Positions 1 to 12,538 of a DNA stretch of 64,000 bases are shown piece by piece. Positions within the stretch are counted from its first letter, which is position 1. Every line of letters begins with the position of its first letter. Below the pieces are notes generated by a model. The model did no database searches, had not been told where the DNA came from, and was given only the letters and a program-made list of their open reading frames with translations. The translations under genes and the position numbers were made by a program. The DNA comes from Amoebidium appalachense (taxonomy: Eukaryota > Protista > Ichthyosporea), in contig CAVNZM010000008.1 of NCBI GenBank assembly GCA_963693365.1, positions 6,954,830 to 7,018,829 on the forward strand, in the 5' to 3' direction.

Positions 1-1726
1 CGGCATTAGCAGTGGGGAGAGGAAAAACTTCAACCTAACGAGTGGCCACATCGGTGACGGTAACAAGAACAGTGTTACCCTCAACCGTAGAATTAAAAGG
101 ACCAACCACATCCACTGCTACCCTTTCAAACATACGAGGTGAGGGATTATGTGTTGTCATGCATGCATTGTCAGGAAAGGAATGAGAGTCCCCACTCTCG
201 TATGCATGCATGACAACACATAATCCCTCACCTCCCTACTCATACCGGGCCAAAAATACGAACGATTAACACGAAGCAACGTCCTATTAACACCTAAATG
301 ACCAGCCATGGGATGCTCATGCACCATATGCAAAACCTCAGGCACAAGTGCCGTCGGGACCCAAACTCGGTGTCCGTCTGGCCCAGAACAATGATAAACT
401 AAATCCTGCTCTACCTGACACATTTTTGCTAACTTAGCTACCTTAATCATCTGCCTTTTATTTTTAAATTTAATCGAATCAACCGGCCCCTTTAAATAAT
501 TCTTAACCAGTCTGAGACCAATCAACACATCTTCCTCCTGAGCTAAGATCAAAGCCGTAGGTGCTAAGGCAGGGGCCGAGCCATGAGACTCGGTCCCGAC
601 CTCAGACACTGACAAATACCTCCCCCCCCCCTCCCCTACACTTATAAGCAAGCAACCCCGGAGCCCAAGAAGACACATCAACAGACACAGCATCTATTCC
701 TTTCTGCTCACTCTCCCCCCCTTCCCCCCTCCCCCCCCCCGTCTCTCACTAGCCCCCCCTCCCCCTCCTTCTCTTCTTCAAACAAAATATAAGCAGCACG
801 AGAGAGAGCATCACAGTCAACCATTGTTTCACCCTTGGCATAAAACAATTTATAGGAGAACTCACCGAGAGCCGCGGCCCACTTCTGCATCCTCTCGTTG
901 ACCAGACGAGTGGTGCCGGCCATGGCTAGGCAGGGCTTGTGGTCGGTGTAGACCTCAAACGTCCTGCCTGCGAGTATGTACCTCCATGCCTGTGAGACTG
1001 CCCAAAAGATAGCATGGGACTCTCTCTCCGGATTGCTATATCTACGTTCACTTTACTAAATGAACGACTAGCATAAGCAATCACTCTATCCTGCCCCTCC
1101 TGCACTTGATATAACACTGCCCCCTCAGCAACCTTACTCGCATCACACCGAACTTTAAACATCCCCCCCCCGGCCGAAAAATCAGGATGAACAAGCATAC
1201 TCGAAGACTGCAAAGCTAACTTAAGCTTTTCGAAAGCAGAAACAGCATCAACATTCCAATCTATTCTATTCTTCTTCTCCCCCCCCGTCTGACTAGTTAA
1301 CGGCAAAGCAAGCATACTATAACCCTTAATATAACGACGAAGATAATTAGTTAAACCTAAAAATTGCCTTAGTTGAGTGACAGTCTGAGAACGGGGCCAC
1401 TCAACTATGGCCCGGATTTTCTCCGGACAGGGGAAAGACCATTACTAGACATGATATGACCTAAAAACGTAACCTCCGGCACACCAATCACAGTCTTGCT
1501 ACCGCTAATACGAAGACCAGACTCACCCAAAGCTAAAAATACTTTTTCACAATTATTAACTAACTCCTCAAAAGACCTACCTTTAATTAAAACATCATCC
1601 AAATAAGGGTGGCATACATCCAAATGAGGGTGGAGAATTTTATACATTACCCGGCACAACATAGCTGGAGAGGAGAGCAAACCCATCGGCACCACCTTGT
1701 ACTGGAACAGCATCAGCAAAGATCAC
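1..1726 (-). mobile_element. Degenerate Ty3/Gypsy LTR-retrotransposon pol fragment (RT-RNase H-integrase), truncated by the window edge and by an insertion at ~1727
   Basis: Frameshifted minus-strand ORFs show RT (FQYKVVPMGL..YLDDVLI..FLGH) and RNase H (CDAS..GAVLYQ..VIAYASR, DALSR). The integrase Zn region reads HEHPMAGHLG..YFWPGM..YVLSC, and the core reads MFERVAVDVVGP..TDVATR*VE with a W-to-stop change. RT-RH-INT order is Ty3/Gypsy. Confidence 0.92.
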
Positions 1727-2525
1727 CCCCCATCCGAAACCTGTCTTGTACGACTTTAGGACGTCCTATCGTCGTTAATATATCTAAAAGATAGCTTAGG
1801 ACGGGTTTAGGATAACCCGGAATTTCAGGATGGCAAGGCGTCTGAAACACATCCCATATATATTAAATACGTCTGGCACGGATTCAAGACAGTGGACATC
1901 TGCAAGACGTAGTAAAGTCGTCTGACAAGATGTCATACAGACACCTGGAAGTGCACTTATACCCATCAGCACAAGTCCGGATGTCCTTAACCCCCCATTA
2001 AATTGTCTGATGGGTTGCGGATGCATACGGGATATATGAAAGACGTCTTTCGGGCTTTCATGTCTTTTACGTCTTAAAGATATCTTGGACGGATTGAGGA
2101 CATATTTTTATCATCCCGGAACATGGGGTAGTTAACAGATGTCCTAAAGACGTCTGCACTCATTCTACAGGATGTCTATGAGAGATACCGATACATATTA
2201 TATAGATGTGTGTAAGATGCATTATACACGCAGGTAAGTTGACACAAGGCGCTCGTGGGATGGGCGTAGAGATATGTTAAAGATGTACTGCGGAGATCTT
2301 AGTACAATCTTTATCTTCTCTTAATCCCGTATGGCCATGCAACATTTGCGAAACGAACTGATTGCGTTAGAATGTCGTCAGGATATATCACAGCTAGGCC
2401 ACTGAGTGGATCATCTAAGGAGATCTTTGGAGAGTGCTTTTGTAGCGCTATTGGCCATCCAAATTATATCTTCAAGACAGGCCATGTCTGTGCATGTGAT
2501 ATGCTAACGCAATCTTAGGCAAGTA
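1727..2525. mobile_element. Probable left terminus and subterminal motif array of a CACTA/CMC-like DNA element
   Basis: Begins with a C run (CCCCCATCCG) exactly where the Gypsy RT stops. It is dense in GAYRTC-like hexamers about 11 bp apart (1895, 1906, 1917, 1929, 1940; 2138, 2149, 2171). No matching right TIR was found. Confidence 0.45.
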
Positions 2526-2529
2526 TTGG

Positions 2530-2726
2530 TGGGGTTTACGCTGTTTACTCGAGGCAAAGAGAACCAGTCTCAGGTATGGGGGGGGGGGGTTTTGCTCGGA
2601 ATATCCCCTCAGCGGTATATCATGATCACGTACATAGATGTCGGGTGGTCACTATATATCAGGGTTTACTTTCTCTACGAGACACCATAAAGACTACAAG
2701 GAGAAATCAATTAGTTGGGGTTCCCC

Positions 2727-2765
<39 letters not shown>
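2530..2765 (+). repeat. ~200-bp dispersed repeat plus poly-T; inverted copy at 41343-41560
   Basis: TGGGGTTTACGCTGTTT...AATTAGTTGGGGTTCCCCG(T)n closely matches the reverse complement of 41343-41560. Confidence 0.9.
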
Positions 2766-2766
<1 letters not shown>

Positions 2767-4208
2767 ATACCTTTCTGCGATCTTCACGCCCTATTTGGGG
2801 TAGCTTAAAGATGTTCAGAGTTGCAATTAGGTATTGTGTTAGGATTACTTTAGGACCTCTTTAAGGCTTTACTGGGATCGATTTAGATGATCTTTAAGTG
2901 TTCCCTGGGATAGAAAAGCAAAGCACGTATCGCTATCCTCAGCCACGGCGTCTTCACCACCCGGTCATTGCCGATTACCCAGGACCACGATCCATGATGC
3001 GCGGGTTAGCTCAATATATACGGCCGGAAAAGGGATTTCGCATTTGATTGTGGGATAGATCACTCCAACGTTTTTGATTGGTTGTTTTTTAGGATCGAAT
3101 TTCACACTGCATTCACAATGAAGGCGTCACAAGGTACGCTTTTATTGAAACATGAACATGAAGGCGTCGCGCAGGTGCGCGCGAGGCGTTGATAGCCAAT
3201 GGAAACAAAGATTTACTGGAGGGGTGCAAACCAGAATCCGAAGCACTGTTATCATTACAATCATGATCCGTCTAATGTAAGTAAAACTGGGGCATTCAAC
3301 TGCCAAATACAGAAGTTTTAGTTATAATAATATTTAAGGTACCTATAAATTAGGCGAGATGCCTTGGCAAACGGTGCAATGCCTGCGCGGAGCAAGTGGC
3401 CGGTGCGTGGAATTTACCCTAAATAAACACATTAAAAAATAAAAAAATAAAAAAATGCACAAAAAAAGCAAAAAAACGCAAAGATATATATCGCATACCT
3501 TAGGAAGCTCCTAAGAATATCATCACGCTATACTAGAGCTATACTTACTATTCTGTCAGTACGTCCTGAATAAATACGCCAACCATACCTGAAACTGCAG
3601 TGCGGATCGCCGACCATAAAACTCCTTACACCCCACCACCCTAAGATACACTCCCTCCTCACCTTCTTGCAGTCGAATATAGCAGCTGTTGTATGGGAAT
3701 ATTTTTCTTTTCACTGGAAGAGGCAGATCCCCCCGTGGAGTCCCCCGTGCTTCAGCAGGCGTTAAGCCCGCTAGGAACAACTGCAGCTGTAGCGGCAGGA
3801 ACTTTAGGCAATTGCCACGTCCTTCAAGCCTGGGGCTGGGGTCGAAGTTCCCTTCTGATGCAAAATAGGCATCCAGCTTTGCAAGGTGCAGGCCTTTCTT
3901 ATCCTGCAAGCCTGTGTTTGGGACAAAAGGATTCGAGTGGATCAGAGTAATCTTCCGCAGCGCAGCGGCGGGCCCGCCGGGGAGAGGGGGGGGGGGGGGG
4001 GGGGGGGACGTTGCCATTGCCTTGGAAATAACCACCCAATGTGTAAACCCACCCCCCCCCCCCCCCCCCCCCCCACAAAAAAAAGCACACTATACAATGA
4101 CCCCCCCCCCCCCCCCCCCCCCCCCCCATGGACCCAACCTATGGGACCAGCAAATTTCAGTGGGGGTGTGTGAGCCATCACGTTTGATGCCTCCCCCCCC
4201 CCCCCCCT

Positions 4209-4252
<44 letters not shown>

Positions 4253-4774
4253 TCCCCCCCGTCCATTCGGAGGGTTTTGGCAGATATTGAGATTTTAGAT
4301 TTTTCGTCTTGAAATTCCCCGATCACGTTCCCCCGCCCTCCGCCGGGAAAAAATCCTACGGACTCCCCCGTGTGTACTTTGCATTAACATACCTTCCCAT
4401 TGGGAAAACAAAAAAAAACTGCATCGAAATCCGTCCATTCTGAGGGTTTTTGCTCGTTTTTTCCCTCCACAACACATGCACACTATAGAATGACCCCCCC
4501 CCCCCCCTCTTGGACCCCCCTGATGGGCCGGCAAATGCCCGTGGGGATGTGTGGGTGAACGTGGGCACTCCCCCCCACCCCCATCTACGTTTGGTGGTGA
4601 GAAAGTCAGCTACTTGCTAAAGGAAAGGGTGTTTGGGTTTTTTGAATACGAAGGCTGGTATGTTGCATGCGGGACTGGAGAAAACACTGAAATTCCCCGA
4701 TCACGTCCCCCCCCCCCTCCGTCGGGAAAAAAATTCTACGGACTCCCCCGTGTGTACTTTGCATTAACATGCAC

Positions 4775-4846
4775 ACATGCACACACACGGTGCACCCCCC
4801 CCCCTCCCCTTCCCTCTCAACTGAGCACATACACACACACATACAT

Positions 4847-4894
<48 letters not shown>

Positions 4895-5051
4895 ACACAC
4901 ATGCACACATGCACACATGCACGGACACATATCCCACCCTTCCCCTTCCCTCTCCACCGAGCACATGCACACATGCACAGACATGCACGCCCACACACAC
5001 ACAACACACACGATGCACACAGACATGCACACACACACAAACACACAACAC

Positions 5052-5116
<65 letters not shown>

Positions 5117-5295
5117 CACACACACGGTGCATTTCCCCCCTCCCCTTCCCTCTCCACAGAGCACACACACACACACGTGCACACATGTACACACACGGTG
5201 CATCCCCCCTCTCCCCCCTTCCCTTTCAACTGAGCACATACACACACACAGACATGCACACACACACAACATACACAGACATCCACACATCAGAC
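4775..5295. repeat. Compound (CA)n/(CACATG) low-complexity repeat with CCCCTTCCCTCTC spacers
   Basis: Direct inspection. Confidence 0.85.
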
Positions 5296-7868
5296 ACAGA
5301 ACAGCTTCTAGCACGAGACATTTACCACAAAGTTTATGGCGGGGATGGTGAATATGCCCCTGGAGTACGAGGGTCACACGAAAAAAACACAACGTTGTAG
5401 CTCGTATAGAACCCCCCTTGTAGCATAGTATATGTACATATGTTACCTAGACATTATTGGTTTTTCAATAACTACCCACAGAACAGCTTCTAGCACGAGA
5501 CCTTTACCACAACGTTTGTGGGGGATATGGTGAATGTGCCCCTGGAGTACGAGGGTCACACGAAAAAAACACAACGTTGTAGCTCGTATAGAACCCCCCT
5601 TGTAGCATAGTATATGTACATATGTTACCTAGACATTATTGGTCTTTCAATAACTACCCACAGAACAGCCTCTAGCACGAGAGATTTACCACAACGTTTA
5701 TGGGGGGGATGGTGAATGTGCCTCTGGAGTACGAGGGTCACACGAAAAAAACACAACATTGTAGCTCGAATAGAACCCCCCTTGTAGCATAGTATATGTA
5801 CATATGTTACCTAGATATTATTGGTTTTTTCAATAACTACCCACAGAACAGCTTCTAGCACGAGACCTTTACCACAAAGTTTATGGGGGGGATGGTGAAT
5901 GGGCCCCTGGAGTACGAGGGTCACACGAAAAAAACACAACGTTGTAGCTCGTATAGAACCCCCCTTGTAGCATAGTATAAGTACATGTGTTACCTAGACA
6001 TTATTCGTTTTTTCAATAACTACCCACAGAACAGCTTCTAGCACGAGAGCTTTACCGCAAAGTTTATGGGGGGATGGTGAATGTGCCCCTGGAGTACGAG
6101 GGTCACACGAAAAAAACACAACGTTGTAGCTCGTATAGAACCTCCCTTGTAGCATAGTATATGTACATAGTATGTTACCTAGACATTATTGGTTTTTTCA
6201 ATAACTACCCACAGAACAGCTTCTAGCACGAGAAATTTACCAGAACGTTTATGGGGGGGATGGAGAATGTGCCCCTGGAGTACGAGGGTCACACGAAAAA
6301 AACACAATGTTGTAGCTCGAATAGACCCCCCTTGTAGCATAGTATATGTCCATGTGTTACCTAGACATTATTGGTTTTTCAATAACTACCCACAGAACAG
6401 CCTCTAGCACGAGAGATTTACCACAACGTTTATGGGGGGGATGGTGAATGTGCCCCTGGAGTACGAGGGTCACACAAAAAAACACAACATTGTAGCTCGA
6501 ATAGAACCCCTCTTGTAGCATAGCATATGTACATGTGTTACCTAGACATTATTCGTTTTTTCAATAACTACCCACAGAACAGCTTCTAGCACGAGAACTT
6601 TACCACAAAGTTTATGGGGGGGATGGTGAATGTGCCCCTGGAGTACGAGGGTCACACGAAAAAAACACAACATTGTAGCTCGAATAGAACCCCCCTTGCA
6701 ATTGTAGCACAGTATATGTACATGTGTTACCTAGACATTATTCGTTTTTTCAATAACTACCCACAGAACAGCTTCTAGCACGAGACCTTTACCACAACCT
6801 TTATGGGGGATATGGTGAATGTGCCCCTGGAGTACGAGGGTCACACGAAAAAAACACAACGTTGTAGCTCGTATAGAACCCCCCTTGTAGCATAGTATAT
6901 GTACATATGTTACCTAGACATTATTGGTCTTTCAATAACTACCCACAGAACAGCCTCTAGCACGAGAGATTTACCACAACGTTTATGGGGGGGATGGTGA
7001 ATGTGCCTCTGGAGTACGAGGGTCACACGAAAAAAACACAACATTGTAGCTCGAATAGAACCCCCCTTGTAGCATAGTATATGTACATATGTTACCTAGA
7101 CATTATTGGTTTTTTCAATAACTACCCACAGAACAGCTTCTAGCACGAGACCTTTACCACAAAGTTTATGGGGGGGATGGTGAATGGGCCCCTGGAGTAC
7201 GAGGGTCACACGAAAAAAACACAACGTTGTAGCTCGTATAGAACCCCCCTTGTAGCATAGTATAAGTACATGAGTTACCTAGACATTATTCGTTTTTTCA
7301 ATAACTACCCACAGAACAGCTTCTAGCACGAGAGCTTTACCGCAAAGTTTATGGGGGGGATGGTGAATGTGCCCCTGGAGTACGAGGGTCACACGAAAAA
7401 AACACAACGTTGTAGCTCGTATAGAACCCCCCTTGTAGCATAGTATATGTACATAGTATGTTACCTAGACATTATTGGTTTTTTCAATAACTACCCACAG
7501 AACAGCCTCTAGCACGAGAGATTTACCACAAAGTTTATGGGGGGGATGGTGAATGGGCCCCTGGAGTACGAGGGTCACACAAAAAAAATACAACATTGTA
7601 GCTCGAATAGAACCCCCCTTGTAGCATAGCATATGTACATGTGTTACCTAGACATTATTCGTTTTTTCAATAACTACCCACAGAACAGCTTCTAGCACGA
7701 GAACTTTACCACAAAGTTTATGGGGGGGATGGTGAATGTGCCCCTGGAGTACGAGGGTCACACGAAAAAAACACAACGTTGTAGCTCGTATAGAACCCCC
7801 TTTGTAGCATAGTATATGTACATAGTATGTTACCTAGACATTATTGGTTTTTTCAATAACTACCCACA
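5296..7868. repeat. Tandem satellite, ~182-bp monomer, ~14 copies
   Basis: The GAACAGC(T/C)TCTAGCACGAGA anchor recurs at 5299, 5481, 5663, 5846, 6029, 6214, 6395 and onward to 7683. Confidence 0.97.
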
Positions 7869-7981
7869 TGCGGCATGTGTTACTTTCACGTTATTGGTTT
7901 CCTAGCACGGGATATTCAGCACACAGTTGGGGATGTAGGGGCAGTGTACACCTCAATATTGGTAAGGTGGTGGTGGGTGGG

Positions 7982-8018
<37 letters not shown>

Positions 8019-8466
8019 CCACACAACCGAAACTGTCGGTGTTACAAGTGGTTCGGTCTTAGGAAGTTAGAACGGTGATTTTTTTTATTAATAGCGGGAA
8101 ACAATATTATCCCCATTGCATATGGGGGGAACGAGGAGGGGGGGGGGGGGGGGGGGGTTCACAACGAATTCTATCGACTGTGCATAATTAATGTATATTG
8201 CACATGTAGCCTGAAAGATTAAAGTGAATGTGTGTATGTATATGTGCGAGTATATTTGTGTATGCAATACATGTACAATGTTTTCGTCTTTGTAGGTGGG
8301 TGGGTGGGGTGGGTGGGGGGGGTGCGCGGGGGGGAAGAGGGAGGTGGGGAGGGGGCATCATGATCAGGGATAACAGGGTGTGTGCTTGTGTGCGCTTGTG
8401 TGTGCATGTGCTGGGTGTGTTGTGTAGGTGTGCGCCTGTGTGTGTGTGCGTGCCTGTGTGTGCGCG

Positions 8467-8502
<36 letters not shown>

Positions 8503-8534
8503 GTGCATGTGTGAGTGTGTGTGCGTGCGCGCGC

Positions 8535-8565
<31 letters not shown>

Positions 8566-8949
8566 TGATTTCAAAGAAGTCGAAAGCGCCAGTGACACCC
8601 ATGTTGAAAAAAAGACAAGCAAGCACGCTAAGAAGGACAGCAAGAATTAACAGAAACCCTTTCATGCCGAAAAAATGGTCAAGAACAAAGAAGTGGAGGA
8701 CACGTAACTATAGTCTGATAGTTGTGACTAAGGCACGGCCATCTAGAAACACCAGATGGCCGTGGACTAAGGGCACTAAGGGTAGCGCTAAGGGCACCAA
8801 GCCGGATGCACGCGCGCGCGCGAGCCGAAATCTATTTTCATCTTTTTCCTAATCAGGCGCGGCGAATAGTGATTGGCTAAATCCCAATCCGGTTTGCAAT
8901 TTTTTCTCCATTTAAGCCTGTACGCACGTTGTTTGCTCCATTTCTCTTC

Positions 8950-9080
8950 CCCCTTCCCGCAGGTCCGCAGGTCCTTTCCCGCAGGTCGCCTGGTCGCAGG
9001 TCCCTTCCCGCAGGTCGCCTGGTCGCAGTTCCCTTCCCGCAGGTCGCCTGGTCACAGATCCCCTCCGCAGATCCCGCAGC
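8950..9080. repeat. Short tandem repeat (~27-bp unit built on CCCGCAGGTCGCCTGGTCGCAG)
   Basis: 3-4 imperfect copies are visible. Confidence 0.75.
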
Positions 9081-10019
9081 CACCGTGCTGATTGTTTTGG
9101 ACCATGCTGCCCTTTGAAGGTTAGTTTTGTGTTGCCTGCTTTTGTGCATATGGCGTTTGTCTGTCTGGTCTGTGTCCGTCCTGTGATTATGTCTGTGTCT
9201 GTGTCTGTGTGTGTGTGTGTGTATGTGTGTGTGTGTGCGTGCGTGTGCTTGTGTCTGCTGGCTGCTGATGCACGTTGCCTTTCACGTTCATGAACCAGCG
9301 ACTGTGGGCACTACTTTTGCTGTTAGCACTATATCTATGAAAACTACTCCGGGACGTGTGTTGCCTCTAGGGGGACATCCCCTTGGACGAAAGTGAACCT
9401 GCAATGGTTGTAAACCACGGCAAGCCCCCAGTCATCAATTTATTGATCCGTGAGGTCCATGTGCCCAAAAAACGGGGGAAGTCTTCGCCCCGTAAAAAAA
9501 CAGCACGTATGTGTGGATCAATGGGGGTTGTGTGTGGGTGTAGGTGGGTGGGTGAAAAGGAATATATAGCTGTAAGGCTGTGGATGCTAAACACAGAAGA
9601 TGTGTTTGTAGCTTGCTGATCTGCTAAAAAACTGTCGTGCTTATATACCTAAGCCTACCGATCTGAGCGAATCAAAAATCGATCTAGTGATATGTGAAAT
9701 CTGATCCGAGCCAATCATAACTCGGTCTAGTGATCTGTGGTATCTGATGTTTTGACTGGCTAATAGGTGCCCGTGTGCGGGCAGCCAACCGCTAACTGCT
9801 AAAACACGAAATGAAGCCTACATGGTTATGTTGGTATCGAACACCCATCCTACGTGTTTACCCAGAAAAATATTTATGTCAATAATTTCCACAAATAAAA
9901 CCTCTATGAAAACTACTCCGGGACGTGTGTTGCCTCTAGGGGGACATCCCCTTGGACGAAAGTGAACCTGCAATGGTTGTAAACCACGGCACGAGAGCAG
10001 TATGCTTGCTCCAAAGGTT

Positions 10020-11051
10020 TCACTTAAGAATAGAGGCGAATACACGTGTGGTGGTGGCAGCAATGGAGGCCGGACGAAGTCGGGTATAGATCAGGAAGCA
10101 GTCGGAGGACCACCGGCCGAGTTGTTTGATCCGGGAGTCGTCGACCCCGGCCTCAGCCAGTGCTGTGGCCCCCCCGATGCGGAGGCTGTGTCCGGCAAAC
10201 CGGGAGGGTGAGAGGCCTGCCCGGGAGAGGAGGGCACGGAAATCGGCAGAGAAAGCACTCTTGGTGTAGGGGATGCCACCGAGACTGAAGAGGGGGTCGT
10301 CGGGTTGACCGGACGTTGTATCCAGGAACTGCCGGAGGAGATGGGCTGGGGAGAAGTGGGTGAGGGGCAGGGCAGCTAGGGTGACGTTGACACCTCGGGC
10401 CTGTACATCCGTCTTAGAGGTTGGCAGGTGGAGGGTGGCATGGGACAAAGTACCGGTGGGGGTGTAGCTGAAGGTCACGTCCTTCCGTTTAACGTGACGG
10501 GACGGGTCGAAAGAAGTCAGGGTCTTGGAGGTAAATTCCCCTGAACGGAGGAGACCACAGAAACCGACGATGAGGGCCGTCCATAGCCGGAGATTGGCCG
10601 AGGAGGCCTTGGTGGGGCACTGGCCATGGAGTAGGCGGAGGTGGGAGGGGAGGAGGGGTTCCCTGGTGGATGAGCGGGGTCGGATGTTGTGAGAAAGCTG
10701 CCATCGGCCCACCCCCCGTAGGAACCAGGCCAGAGACTTGTCGTGGGGGTAGGGAGCAGGGAGGCCCATGTCGAGGTGGAGCCTGGTGATGGCCGAATTG
10801 TAGCCGGTTAAGGAAGAGGCCTGTACCCCTCGTTGGGCACACCAGGCGAGAAAAAGTTGCACGGTGTGTGGGGAGGCCGGGAGGGAGGACCCGGAGGAGG
10901 ATTGCAGCCGAGATGCCACACAGAAATCGATGAACACTTTTTGCACCCGGGAGTAAAAGGCCCGAGAGTCGAGGTTGAGACTCAGGGCCTGGCATTCCTG
11001 CAGGGTAGTGGTGGCTCGAAGCAGCTCGGCCGGAGCAAAGTGGGGGGCCAA
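10020..11051 (-). CDS. Tyrosine recombinase of Ngaro element (343-aa ORF, apparently intact)
   Basis: Catalytic motifs GLLRSGE, SKTD, HSLRIGGAT and GRWSSDCFLIY, with an N-terminal SAM-like region (VQLFLAW..SLTGYNSAITRLH). The ORF start codon is uncertain. Confidence 0.92.
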   Translation of the reverse strand: MAPHFAPAELLRATTTLQECQALSLNLDSRAFYSRVQKVFIDFCVASRLQSSSGSSLPASPHTVQLFLAWCAQRGVQASSLTGYNSAITRLHLDMGLPAPYPHDKSLAWFLRGVGRWQLSHNIRPRSSTREPLLPSHLRLLHGQCPTKASSANLRLWTALIVGFCGLLRSGEFTSKTLTSFDPSRHVKRKDVTFSYTPTGTLSHATLHLPTSKTDVQARGVNVTLAALPLTHFSPAHLLRQFLDTTSGQPDDPLFSLGGIPYTKSAFSADFRALLSRAGLSPSRFAGHSLRIGGATALAEAGVDDSRIKQLGRWSSDCFLIYTRLRPASIAATTTRVFASILK

Positions 11052-11101
11052 TCTGCCAGTGTTGCTCCGGAACGGGAGATCTGGGGGGGGGGGGGGGGGG
11101 G

Positions 11102-12035
11102 TTAGCCCAAGGGAAGGGATAGGAACTCGTGGACCCAGGAGGGGAAGGGGCAGGGTTCCGGTTGCAGGGAAGGTCGGAGTCGTCGGGCCCGGGGAAGTTG
11201 GTTACGAGAAATGGCATCGGCCAGATGGTTGAGGGGTCCTGGGAGGTAGGATGCCTGTAACGTAAATTGGTATTGCATTTCCATGCGGGTGATGAACCGA
11301 ATAAGTTTGGCCATCACGGGGTGGGGGGAAGACCGGGAGTGCAGGTCAGACACAGCACCCGTGTTGTCGCATAAAATACGGACATGGTGGGTGGACCAGG
11401 AGGGGGCCCAGAGGGCCACGGCGGCTGCGATGGCCAGGAGTTCGATGACGGAAGAACCGAGTTTACCCTCATGAGCATAGAGGGCTTGGGTGGAGGGGGA
11501 CCAGGGCATGAAGAACCATTGGTCGAGCCAGTGGCCTCCTAGACCCACCGATCCGGCAGCATCAGTGGCCAGGGTGGTGTATGTGGGGGGTGTGATGAGG
11601 TGCACCCCATTCCATGATGTGAGGAACTGGTGCCATTCGGCTATGTCGGCCCGGGCGGCAGCAGTCAGTCGTATGTGGTGGTGGCCGGCAAGGTGTGGGT
11701 GGGTCCGGAGAAGGGCCCATAGGCGCTGGGAGAAGGCCCTCCCGGGGGGAACCAGCTGGGCACACCAGGTGAGTTTGCCGAGGAGGGACTGGAGGTCCCG
11801 AATGGTGATGGTGGGCTTTGGGTGGGAAGTGAGGTCGAGTAGGTCCGAGAGCTTGGAAGCCGGGATTCGTGCCTCCATGGTGATGGTGTCGAATTCGATA
11901 CCGATGAAGACGACACGGGTAGCCGGGCCCTGCATCTTGTCTTCGGAGATGGCAATGTGCAGCTCTCGGCAGAGTTGCAGGAAGGTGGATAGGTGACGTT
12001 GGCACTGCTCTTGTGTGGGGGCGACTATAATCCAG
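11102..12035 (-). pseudogene. Ngaro RT C-terminus and RNase H, 5'-truncated
   Basis: Motifs FIGIEFDT, LQSLLGKL, TDAAGSVGLGG, ELLAI, CDNTGAV and YLPGPLNHLADAISR. Confidence 0.9.
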
Positions 12036-12075
12036 TTTCGTATTAATAATTTCTACTTGTGCCTATCACTAGAGT

Positions 12076-12459
12076 TCACACTTCCTCCTGCCCAGGCAGG
12101 GCGTCGGCGTGTGCAGGGTCATCCACTCTCTTGTCGCCGTTCTGGTCGCCGGCCTCTTGCGCCTTCTTCTCCTTCTCCTCAGCCGCGGCCCTTTTGGCAT
12201 CAGCTATAGCTGCCGCCTTTGCTGCTTCTTGCTTGGCCTTGACGTACATCTTGAAATTCCTCTTGTACTGTGGGGAAACATATGGTGAGCAAATGGAACA
12301 CAATAAAACAGCTATTACTATCTAATCTACATACTCTACATTACCTCGCAGTTGGCGCTGGAAAAAGAATAATGTGTTCGGGTTCGAATTGTGCTTCCGT
12401 TTGGGTGTGTAATTGCAGTTTTGGGGGGGGGGGGGGGGGGGGGGGAGGGGGAGAGGGGG

Positions 12460-12538
<79 letters not shown>

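Larger units (their letters stand above)
9334..12035 (-). mobile_element. Ngaro/DIRS-order tyrosine-recombinase retrotransposon, copy 1 (3' half: partial RT, RNase H, YR, B1-A2-B2 repeats)
   Basis: Split direct repeats: B at 9334-9422 and 9903-9992, and A at ~9553-9902, which matches 39507-39852. The RH and YR ORFs lie upstream. Similarity to copy 2 breaks abruptly at ~12035. Confidence 0.92.

Noticed and set aside
3556-4035. 159-aa minus-strand ORF
   Set aside because: It has no recognisable motif and starts in a poly-C tract. It could be an exon remnant, but this cannot be supported.
4365-4760. CCCCCGTGTGTACTT as the left TIR matching the 32821 end
   Set aside because: The match is short and imperfect, occurs twice within a local duplication, and has no RYRTTC array behind it.
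4551-5400. His/Thr- and Cys/Val-rich ORFs (also at 8.2, 12.4, 27.9, 41.2, 44.7, 47.1, 52.5 and 63 kb)
   Set aside because: They are translations of (CA)n/(GT)n/(GA)n microsatellites and homopolymers.
5296-7868. CRISPR-like regular array
   Set aside because: Whole monomers repeat with no unique spacers, there are no cas genes, and the context is eukaryotic.
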